From Aplysia californica (lineage: Eukaryota), in assembly GCF_000002075.1 (NCBI RefSeq), contig NW_004797693.1, positions 610,371 through 667,807 on the forward strand: a stretch of 57,437 nucleotides of DNA. The letters run 5' to 3'. Of the stretch, positions 1 to 11,500 are shown in pieces. The translations under genes were made by a program, and so were the position numbers. Within the stretch, counting starts at the first letter, position 1, and each line of letters begins with the position of its first letter. A model generated the notes under the pieces. That model had not been told where the DNA came from, searched no databases, and saw only the letters and a list, made by a program, of their open reading frames with translations.

Positions 1-1740
1 CCCCCCCCTCCCATCCCCATCATCTGGGTTCCTGACTCTTTCTGCTGCCTTGATCGATGAAAAAAATTACGTTGATAGACGTATTGAAAACTACGTCCTA
101 TTGTAAAGATAATATCAAGTTCTGAAACAGCGTATCAGAATTAAATTGATTAATGAGTGACTCTTTTTCTTGCTATCATTTGGAAGATCACCAAAACAAG
201 GAAGTCTTGTTACCAAGGCTGCATGATGGAGTATTCTCATATGTCACAAAGAAGGCAGACTAACTATCAGTTTTACCTGAACGTGTACATAAATACCCCC
301 CCTTAATGATCACGCACCGGACAGCAAGGCCAAGACACAAAACTATTAGTACGTACACACAGACATAACGACCGGAAAACCGAAAATTGACACCGAAACA
401 CAATAGCACAATGCTCGTGTCAGGTTCGTCCTTTAAAAACAAAACAAACAAACAAAAACAACAACAACAACAATAGCAACAACTCAAAACAACAAACTCT
501 GGCGAAAAGTGAAACAAACATACAAACAAACATAAAAAGAAGGAAAGACAAACAAACGACCTGGGTGTGAAAACTAGCCTAGCCGGGCGGGTGTCTCGCC
601 ATGAAATTAATGATGTATGAAAAAAAAAAAGCCGCAGAAATTGTGTGCAGCATTTCATATGTCGGACTGTGACCGCGAGAGGAATGCAGGATCGTTTGAA
701 CTTGTTGAACTAGATACAGAAGGATGGAAAGGTAAAATATATTATGGCCCATCAAACACGGCGAGGGGTAAGTAGAAGTCCTGGAGTGGTCTAATCCGAC
801 TTATTTCCACTCTTATTGTCATCCGCATCTGTTCTTGGTGGAATACGACCCTAATCGTGTTGAGTGGCAATTAATTATTATTCGACAACAAGTTTCAGTA
901 GACGCTCTTAAGCCCAAATGAGTAATGTGCGAAAGGAACAGTGTTCTTAACTCGAAGTGCACGGCATCTCTCGGCTATTTACAACCATAACAACAATACA
1001 AATCAAACCCCAGTACAGTCATCTTATTATATTTTTCACACGATATGTTAACTGCTCGGATCATTCGTTTCTCGTCAGTTTGACGTTTATTTCATGCTAA
1101 AAGGTAAAATTGGAGCAGATGTATAATATTATGGAAGTTTGTGATGCTGAAAAATTCGATGACTACACTGGTTGCGTACTAAAGAGGAATAGCCTTCCGA
1201 ATACATGCTTTGGTTCCCAGGTATTCATTCGCTGGTTTAACTTTAACCTTTACAAAATGAGTTACTGTTTCCGGTTAATTTTCATAGAGGTGGACAGAAA
1301 CAACCCCCCTCCCTCTTTTCAAACAAAACGAAACAAAACAAAACAAAACTCAAATAGATAAAGGTAACGAAGACCATGTAATGCGAACAAGTGAGGCATG
1401 TTACTGCTTGCAGTCTAATTTTTAGGGCATTAGAAGCTGAAATTGTTGGGGTTAAAATAGGGGTGGGTGGGGGTAGTATGTCCTTTCGAATGCAGTGGGT
1501 AGGATCAGTGTGTGTGGCTGTTTGTGTGTTGTTGTGTGTCTATTTGTGTACTTGTGTACTTGTGTACTTGTGTACTTGTGTGAGTTTTAATGAGTTTTGA
1601 CGTTGTTGCGTGTGAATATGTTTATATGTATGTACTTGCTTTTTTGTGTGTGCGTGCTTTATTGTGTTCACATATATCATGTGCTTGTATGTGTGTCTGT
1701 GTTTGTGTATGTTTCTGTGTGTGTCTGTATGGGTGTGTTT

Positions 1741-2274
1741 NNNNNNNNNNNNNNNNNNNNNNNNNNNNNNNNNNNNNNNNNNNNNNNNNNNNNNNNNNNN
1801 NNNNNNNNNNNNNNNNNNNNNNNNNNNNNNNNNNNNNNNNNNNNNNNNNNNNNNNNNNNNNNNNNNNNNNNNNNNNNNNNNNNNNNNNNNNNNNNNNNNN
1901 NNNNNNNNNNNNNNNNNNNNNNNNNNNNNNNNNNNNNNNNNNNNNNNNNNNNNNNNNNNNNNNNNNNNNNNNNNNNNNNNNNNNNNNNNNNNNNNNNNNN
2001 NNNNNNNNNNNNNNNNNNNNNNNNNNNNNNNNNNNNNNNNNNNNNNNNNNNNNNNNNNNNNNNNNNNNNNNNNNNNNNNNNNNNNNNNNNNNNNNNNNNN
2101 NNNNNNNNNNNNNNNNNNNNNNNNNNNNNNNNNNNNNNNNNNNNNNNNNNNNNNNNNNNNNNNNNNNNNNNNNNNNNNNNNNNNNNNNNNNNNNNNNNNN
2201 NNNNNNNNNNNNNNNNNNNNNNNNNNNNNNNNNNNNNNNNNNNNNNNNNNNNNNNNNNNNNNNNNNNNNNNNNN
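1741..2274. other. Assembly gap (other gaps: 11261-11433, 51302-51644, 51971-52200, 53797-53979, 55342-55441)
   Basis: Runs of N. Confidence 1.
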
Positions 2275-2348
2275 ATTATTATTACAACTATTATATCATT
2301 ATTAGTATCATTATAAGTATCATTATTTTTATCATCATTGTCTTCCAG

Positions 2349-2571
2349 GATGGGTCCTCCGGTTTGTGCTGGGTCCCAGCTTGATCGCGGCCCCGGTCCG
2401 GCTGTTCAGCAACCACCCCCCGGACCCCTCCACGCCGTTTGAGAGGCACACATTCTACGAGGTGAAGTGGCAGTCTAGCACGGGCAGTCAGGCTGACCGC
2501 ACGGACCACACTGCCGAGATCCGTATGCTGCTGGCCGGGTCGTTCAATTTCTTCTTCACGATTGACAAAAG
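2349..2571 (+). CDS. AGL: AGL exon ([12 protein letters not shown]...[11 protein letters not shown])
   Basis: ttccag acceptor, AG|gtaggc donor; matches AGL N-terminal FRLGP...SGSFQYYF region. Confidence 0.88.
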
Positions 2572-5500
2572 GTAGGCTGATGGTAGTGGTTGCTTGTTTT
2601 GAGGATGTGTATATAATATATATATATGTGTGTGTGTGTGTTTGTTAGTAAGTTTGTGTTTGTGTGTGTTCTTTTTCACAATACTACTACTTCCTGGTTT
2701 AGTGTAGTTGGTGATTAAACGCCTTTTGTCCCTCTCTCTCTTCCTTTTTCTTTGTATTTTACTATATAGTAACACCTCTAGTCTTCGGCGCTTATATGAC
2801 CTCTATGTGTGTTGCCAGTGCCGTAAAGTTCTTATTAAAATTAACCTAAAAAGTGTCAAGTGGCCATTCTTTACCGCACAAAGTCTGTTTGCAACAGGTT
2901 TCAAGTTTCGTCATGTAAGTAATAGCTTTGATCAAGGTCCGTATTTTAAGAAAGTGTGGAGTGGAGGGGGCAATGATTCATTTGATAAAAATTTTGGTTA
3001 CCTTAAATTCAGTTTTTGACGTGACCAATGGCCTCAGAGAATCAAAATCTAATATGTGTTGAACCGGGGGTTTTTTCAGGTCTTACTTTAAAAAATTTAT
3101 ATTAGGTGCCATGTAGAGTTATTTTTTAGATAGCTTATAGAAGTGTCTTTTAAGTTTGCCAAGGAAACAATTTTTTTTAGTCGTGATGGGCCATTCGTGA
3201 CCTTACTGATCAGAAGAAAATTGATTTTAACCGTTGTGTCTACAGCGACAAGGCAGCCAATAGGAATGGCGGTGGTTTTTTCTTGGTGGACCCGACGTTG
3301 CAATTGGGGCCGAACAAGGAGGAGGTCATCCTGGATGAGATTGTGTGCCAGACTGTCATCACCAAACTCCTGGGACCCTTCGATGAGTGGCTGGGGAGAC
3401 TGCAGGTGTCCTCACTGCTATATTTCTTTTTTTTTCCTACTTGAATTTGAGTCAATAATGGTGACTTCGTGCAAGGAAAAAGTCCAAGATAGACGGAAAT
3501 AATATAAGGAGATAAAAATAGGAGCTACCTGTAGAGTCCATCAGCAACTTGCTATGTATCTACTTCTCCTCTGACATGACTATGCACTGAAAGACTGTTG
3601 TCTTAGTGTTTTGTTTTTTTTATTCGACTATGTCTGAAACAGGGCTTTATTTCATTCCCTTTGATAATTTGCTGCAAAAGAAATGAGTGAAATACACAAA
3701 AATGCATACATTTTGAAATAAATCAGATACTTTTTATAGTATTACATCTCTTGCAGTCTTAAGGATATTAGCTGGTCAGTATGATGTGGTCTCTTTTTGA
3801 GCAATGGTTAAAGTTTCTCGCTTGCAGTGGTTACTCACTCTGAAGTCATTGTCAGCAACTTTGATTGCCATTTTCCATTATCCTGTGGCCTCTGTCTTTT
3901 TGTATAAAGAAATGTTAATGCAAGTCCAAGTCTGTAGTGCACCATGTGTTGCTCATATTGAAAGTAACATCAATTACAGATCTCATAGCATTTGTTACAG
4001 TAATCTTAAAGTTTGCTACTTTATCATTTTCCTTGGACAAAGTCCAAAAAGGTAAACTAATTAAAAACATTTATGTGGGACGCTTGAATGGAAATAGGTG
4101 CCTTGAGCATCTAGCTCACTGGTAATATTGAAGGCAAACTGAACAGTAGAGGTGGATCCAAAGCGACTTACTTGGGAAGCCTCAATAGATGGGTGATGGG
4201 AAAAGACAGGATAATATAGTTTTTTTAAAGAGCATCCAAGCAAAGAAATGAATAGTGAACCATGATTGCTGATGTCTGTTGCAGATCTGGCACTTGATAA
4301 TGATGAAAGTCTCCACACAAAAAGATAATGAGAGTCTGTGTTGTTTTTGTTGAAGATATTGTGTAATACTTTTCTTTTTCCACATGTGTGCTGATGCAGG
4401 TAGCGGCTGAGACTGGCTACAACATGATTCACTTCACACCAGTACAAGAGCTGGGCATCTCTAACTCGGCCTACTCCATCCGCGACCAGCTACATCTGAG
4501 CCCAGTCTACTCTCCGGGGGACAAGAAGTACACACTCGACGATGTGGAGAAACTGATGGAATTCCTCAACGCTTCCATGGGGGTACCTGTCACCCACACG
4601 CTTTTTCTTGCTGCAACAAGACTGTTGTGATGAGAAAAATGTAGTCGTTTTAATGCCAGCATCGACACAATTTAGATCATTTGGGAGGAGGGTTGAAGGG
4701 AGTAGTTGGCATGTAGAATGCAACTAATGTGGGCTCATGCGTAGTCTCAAATTTCAATGCATTTTAATGTCAAATCTGATGAAAAGACAGCCAGGGAATT
4801 CGTATTAAAAGTGAAATCAGGAGAGCATAAAACTCTATCTCCGAAAATAACTATAAATTGTTGTCAGACAATGAGTGTGCCCAACCTGATGTAAAAAGTT
4901 ATAATGTGTTGAATAGTTTGGAAAACTGTTCCTGTAGATTGTGAGTGGGTGGCTGGCAGGCACTATGGCGTGGTATGCTCTTTCTTTCCTTTCAGACATC
5001 TTGTGTCCTTGTCTCTCCTCCTTCTTTTCCTTGTACGTTATTTTCTAATGACAACTCGTATCTTCACGCTTATATGGCCTTTTTGTATTGCTAGTGCTGT
5101 AAAACTTATTAATACTGAATTTTAAAAATTGTTATCTATTAAGGAGGGTTTTTTTGTTCAGGTGAACAGCTGGCAAAAGTCAATCTGTTTTTTGTCTGAT
5201 GATGAGTCTGTTGTACTTGGTGTGAAAACCTATTGTTTTTCAGTGTTCTTTTTAAGGCTTTGTTTTAGGCGTTGTCAAATATGGTGGCTCGTGTTCTTTT
5301 ACCTGTTTTGGAAAGATTGTAAAACCGTAGCTATAAAATGTTTCAGGTGATGAGCCTGTCAGACCTGGTGTACAACCACACGGCCAAAGACAGCCCCTGG
5401 GTGTGGAAGCACCCAGAGTGTACCTACAACATGGTCAACTCCCCTCACCTCCGGCCCGCCTACATTGTGGACCGCATCTTTGAGCACTTTAGCCTGGAGG

Positions 5501-8500
5501 TGGGCGAGGGACGCTGGCAGTCTGAGGGCATCCCAAAGTGTGTCAACTCTGAGGAACATCTCAGTGTAGGTGCTCTCATTTCATGCTTGATATAATTTGT
5601 ATGAGTGTGATAATAATAAATAACATTTGTAAAGTGCAAAGTCCCATTCAAGAGCAAGCTCTACACACTTTACAATCTATATAATTACCCCAGCAGACCT
5701 GATAGCGTTCTGAAACAATCTTAACTTCCTGGGAAGCATACAGTGGTTATTGGTGCTAAAACACAAAGTATAAAAACAAGTGCGGGTTAAAAAAATAATT
5801 TTGTTATTGAAGGTATCATGTAATAATTTTTATTTTCCATACGTGTGCTGATTGAGGTAGCGGAAGAGACTGGCTACAACATGCTAAACACATTTCAAAA
5901 GATTAGCCTCTCTGTGTGGGGTTTTGGGGCTCATATTTTTTTTTTTCTTTTTCAAGATCAGGTCTTTGGAGTGGTTGTTTTTCTAGAATAAGGCGTAGCA
6001 AGTATGAAGAAAGGATACTGACTTGTGTCAATAAGGTCATGGATTATGAATTGCAACCCACTAGGAGGGAAGGGTACATAGTACTCCCAGCTGGTCAGGC
6101 CCATGGTTGGAGTTACGGTGTTTATTTTTCCTCTGTCTCTCTGGGTACTGGCGCCTGTTGTTTGAAAGTTAGGTTCTTTTGACTAACTCACAGAAGACAT
6201 AGGGGGCGGTTGGTGGGTGCTCTAGTTGGGTTTACTCCTTTATTATAGAAAATCTATCGCCTTTTTCTCTCCTCCTTTTTGTGTTTATAACTCTCTTGTA
6301 CATCTCTAATCTTCAGCCCTTATATGACCTAATTGTGTAACAAGTGCCATAAAATTCTTGCTTAAAAAAAAGAACAGAAAAAGAAAGTCCAATTTCTGTG
6401 TGGGGGAAGTATTTTTCTTCAAGTATTTCTGTCTGTCTAATGAAATACTGTATTCCGCTAATCATGGATTTACCCTGACAAGTTGATGACCGCGACGAAA
6501 GTTCAGAACAGACTATCCCTTTTACCTGTAGATAGAACAGTGAGGTGAATGTTTAACTATCTCAAATGAAATTGAAAATGCAGAAAGAAAAATGGGAATT
6601 TGTGTGCAAAAGGTTGGGGGCTGTACCTTACTCTTGGCGTAACAGCACTTGTGACATCTTTGCTGTTGTTAAATGGGATGAAGGCTTGCCTTCCCTCAAC
6701 TATACATAAGCTTACGAAATACTGCACTGCCTTCACCTTTTAAAAATGTTTTTCCTTTCAGAACATCCACCGTGTATTGCACAGCAAGGTGTTTTCCAAG
6801 TACCGACTACATGAGTACTTCTGTGTCGGAGTGGACGGCATCCTGAAGGAGTTTAGGAAAGCTGTGGAAAGTGAGCAGAGATTTCTGTTTATATCTGGGC
6901 TCTAGGCATGATCCTTTTCTCTGTTATTTCATTGATTCGTGTGTGTGCCTTGCCTGAATGGTTGGTGGACACTTGAGGGTATGTTTTTCCTTCTTCTTCT
7001 TTTTCTGCATCTTTTTAGTTCCATTTTTTTCTTCCTTGTGAAATGTGGTATTTGTCATGCTCTCTAGCATGAAGACATTCTAATTTACTTTTTTTATTTA
7101 TTGCAAAATATGCCTTCCATTTCTGTCAGGTTTCAGGGGAAGATTTTGTTTTAGATATTTAGTTGCCATTTTTTTAGCTTAACGAATTGTATATACAATC
7201 TTCAGCTTTTATTTATGAATAACACTTCCTAAAACATGACCCAAAATTTGATTAATGACTGGTAACGCTATCTTATGCCAAAGTTGTCTCTTGGATTTTG
7301 ATTGTAACTCCAGCTGCACGCCAGGTAAAATAAGTCTCTGTAATGGACTGTTATTGTCTCTTACAGAATTTCAAATTAGGAGGATAATTGCTTGTAACAT
7401 TTTCTTCCACAGGTAATGTGAATGGGGGTCTCTTGAGTGATGAAACCCGTTTGAGCATCAAGCAAGATCCGCAGTTCCGTCGGTTTAGATCCACGATTGA
7501 CATGAAAGTGGCCCTTAAGCTGTTCAACACTGACCAGTAAGTCGAAACTGAACAGTTTGTTTGACCATTGATAGATGTGGTTTTTCAGTGTGACTAATGT
7601 GTCTGTGTGTTGTGGCATTTCATCTAGACAAATATGGCCTCTAGCTGGTGAGTGGCTGTTCATGTTGTTATTATCGTTGTCTCTGCCCGCGCCAGTGATC
7701 CTGATGACAGAACTTTGTTTTGCTTCTGAGATAAAAATTCTGGAACACCAGACCACAAAGCTGGGCTGTTGTCAGTGCCAATTTCTGCTTAACAAAAAGA
7801 CTTACCAGAAAACATAATTTTTATTTCGCTGCTCAAAATACTTGGGGGAGGGGGGTTATTTTTGTCGTTTAACTACTTTTGGTCGCAACTGTCAGTCATA
7901 GCAGTCGTGATAAGTCTGTCTAATGACAGGAAGTACCCTGTGTCCGAACCATTTACTAAACAGTGACTACCTAGCACCTGTGTTACTGGAATAAGCTGAC
8001 ACATTTTTCAAGTGCTCACTGGAATACCGGGCAGTACTTATATTATTTAATTTATCATGGTTATGATAGAGTTGCTCCCTCTCACTCAACAGTGACAGTA
8101 AACACAGCTTTATTATTAATCATGCTAAATCAATTTTATTTAGCATCTCTTCGATATCTGTCATTATGTATAAGTTCTGGTTAAACAATAGATGTCCTTC
8201 ACCATTCCGTGTGGAATTACAATACATAGAACCAGTGCACAGCTGCAGGAGGTCAAAACTTGCTAAATAACTAGGGTAGTACTTTTTTTAACATCTGAGC
8301 TCTGATGGTTATGTCTTATATTTTCCTTGTTGAATTATCTATTCCTTCTTTGACTTCCTTTCTTTTTCTTTACTCAACTGATTCATCAAAGTGCTCATTT
8401 TTCAAATTGACTAGTTTGAGTATAGCAAGTGTTAAGTGTTAAGTTTGAACAAAATCCCAAGGCTAGAAGTCAGAGAAGTTTTTTTATATTTGTGTTCTGC

Positions 8501-11500
8501 CCTCATGTTGTCTCCTTTTTTTTCCTCCAGTGGCACAGTCATTCTGACAATCAAAGTGTATAATATTTGTGTTTGCATTTCCCCCCTCCCCTTCCCCCAT
8601 GTGAATGAAACGATAAGTGCCCAAACTCAGTTCTGCCCAACAATGGCCAGAAGTATTTTTTTAAATATCAGTTTATCCTCATGATCTGCAAAGAGAAGAA
8701 TAATTTTTCTGTGAACCTTTCAGAGTGTTCGGAGATGCAGGGTAAAGCCTCTTGATGTATTTAGGCATCATCGCCTGTAGTAGTTTCCACCAGTTTTATT
8801 TCATTACTGCTTACGGCCTTCTGCTTGTTGCATTGTGTTTGCTGGTCTAGTTCACAGCTGCTATTGTTACACTGTTCAGTGTTGTTATTGTGAACTTCAG
8901 AGCCTTATTTTTAAAAAATTTTGTAATTTTTTTTGCAACTTGTTTAAAACCCATGGAAAATGATTTGCTGTTTTGAGTTTTTCATACCCCATGAGTTATG
9001 AATTGAGTGTAATTTTTGTTCTTTTAAAAAAATTATTTTGTTGGGGGGTGGGGGGCTATGAATTAAATGTAGTCTTTCTTGTTTTGTTATTTTTTTGTGC
9101 TCTGTGAAGTAAGTGGATTTGTTCTCTGTGAATTTAACAAAGTATAGTTGTTACTCCTACTTTTTTTAAAAATTAAGGGCTGCTTAGAAAATACAAAGTA
9201 AAGATTGAATTGACAGTGACAGTATTTAGGATTTCAAAGACTGTTACAGAGAACAACATTGTCATTATGATGATGGTGGTGATGGAGATAATGATGCTGA
9301 AAATTATGTTTTCGTTTGTGAGTGTTTTTTAATTATTTTACCATTGCTTGGAACAACTGTTCAGCTTCGTTTCTCCAATAATTAGGAGGATGATAATGAT
9401 GATGATAACAATGATGCAGCCTTTGCTGATGTGCAAATAACACCAGATGTAGTTTGGATTTATTTCTCTTTCATGTGTCTTCATTGGTAATTCTCATATG
9501 TGAGGCGCCATGGGAAAATCAGAAGCACATTGCAAAAATAGCTTTATGGACTAATCGCATTTTCAGAGGGTGCATTGTTTTCTGAGTAAATAGGCACTTA
9601 CTGATTTGAAATACAGTGATTAGAAGCTGATATATAAACATTTAAGAAGTCAACCTGTTGATCCAAAGACACATTTCAAATTGTTTTTCAGGTATTTTTT
9701 TTTCGGAACATATAAGTAAGGTTGAAGTTTTTCACAATGCATAGAATTTATTTTTTCATCTAAAATCTTTTTTTTTTCCACCATATTCGACCCCGTCTTA
9801 GTTCCCAGATCTCATACTGATTTTCCTTTTGCGCCTCCCATATCATCTTCTTTGTACAGAAAAACAAAAGGATTCTCAGGAATGGGCATATTCTTTACTT
9901 GCAGCGAATGTTTCCCTTTCTTTCAGCTGAATAGTTATGTCGTGCCCCCTTGTGTTCAAATCGGTTATTATTGTATCCTTATGTTTGTTTTTGTTTGAGG
10001 TAATTGACTGGTTACAATAATTTTTTCCAGTCTTGTTTCTCTTTCATGGTCTCTCTTTTACAAGTTTATTTGGTGTTAGTAATGTGTATTTTCCTTCATT
10101 CATGTCCACCTAAGTTAATTGTTTGCTCTCAGGGTTGGTAATTTTTAAGGCTTTCTTTTCTCATAGAACTGGTGTATCACCATGACGATGTACTGCTTTT
10201 TCTAATACTTCTGTAGTGTCTGAAATTAAAGTCAGAATTTAGTGCCTAGATTGATAAGGTCGAGCCAAGTGAGCAGAGAGTCTTGGAAACTTCAATAGAT
10301 GACTGAATGTGACAAATACCTCTTTGGACATTTGTACCAGTATTGTCCTTGTCGTTGTAATGGTAGACCAGCTTGATACCGACTGAGCTAACCGCACATC
10401 TTAGATTCCAGTGGAACTGCCATACATGCTTTCTCATCAGTCGTCTGCAGTAAATGCCTTGGTGTATAATGTGCTCTACGTTCCCTTTCCCACGTGAGAA
10501 AGACATGTTTTTTGGCATCGTTTTTCTGTTCGAATGTATTTCATTGTGCTAGGTTTGGTGTTCAACTGGCGGGTATAAAGCAGCCTGCCTCTAAGATTAT
10601 CTCAATTGTGTGATCAGAGTCATAAGAACTTTTTTTTTTTACTAATTAATTGACACGAAGCAGGGAATTCTCCACTGACATCATCACAGAGAATGCATCA
10701 GTTGACCAACTGGAAAGACTTGGTGCCAACTGAACAGATAGTTTACAAGTCTGTGACTGTTCGATCTAAACCGCAGGTCTCTGTTTGGATTGTTTACACA
10801 GCACCTGGCTGTTTTGATGTTTGTAGAATAAAATGATGAAACGATTCAAGTCAAAATATCTCTTTATGTGCGATGTATACAGTAGTATAATTGAAAACAA
10901 ATTGCTCTCAAGCCTGGGTGTGGCCATTCATTGCTGTTAGAGGGAGATAGTTCAGCTTTTTGTTGTGAGCGATGGAGTAGTCTGGTTGTTTTACACGAAT
11001 CATGTGCTCCAGTAGGTGCTTCTGAAATGTGAAGGGCTGAACACCTACTTGTAGTGAGGGCTGCTCATACTCTCAACATCACTGTTTCCTCTCTACAAGT
11101 CCAACAGTTACTTTGTCCATATATATATGCACACTGATCTGTTTACTTCTCTTTTCTCTCTCTCATTAGTCTCGCACATATTATATGCTTTTGTGTATGC
11201 TCTCAGGCAAGATTTCTCTCTTTCTCTCCGTCTCTTTTTCTCCTTGTTTCTGTCTGTTTGNNNNNNNNNNNNNNNNNNNNNNNNNNNNNNNNNNNNNNNN
11301 NNNNNNNNNNNNNNNNNNNNNNNNNNNNNNNNNNNNNNNNNNNNNNNNNNNNNNNNNNNNNNNNNNNNNNNNNNNNNNNNNNNNNNNNNNNNNNNNNNNN
11401 NNNNNNNNNNNNNNNNNNNNNNNNNNNNNNNNNGAACCATTTTGTCCGAGGAAAACAGACCTATCACCAGTACCCTCCGCACCACTGTACTTTACACACC

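Noticed and set aside
1590-2384. Long ORFs spanning N gaps (also near 11.1-11.6, 51.2-52.4, 53.7-54.1 and 55.2-55.6 kb)
   Set aside because: Artefacts of translating N runs and adjacent microsatellites.
10246-10518. Minus-strand 90-aa ORF in the large intron as a nested gene
   Set aside because: No recognisable motif and no supporting exon structure; length is within chance.
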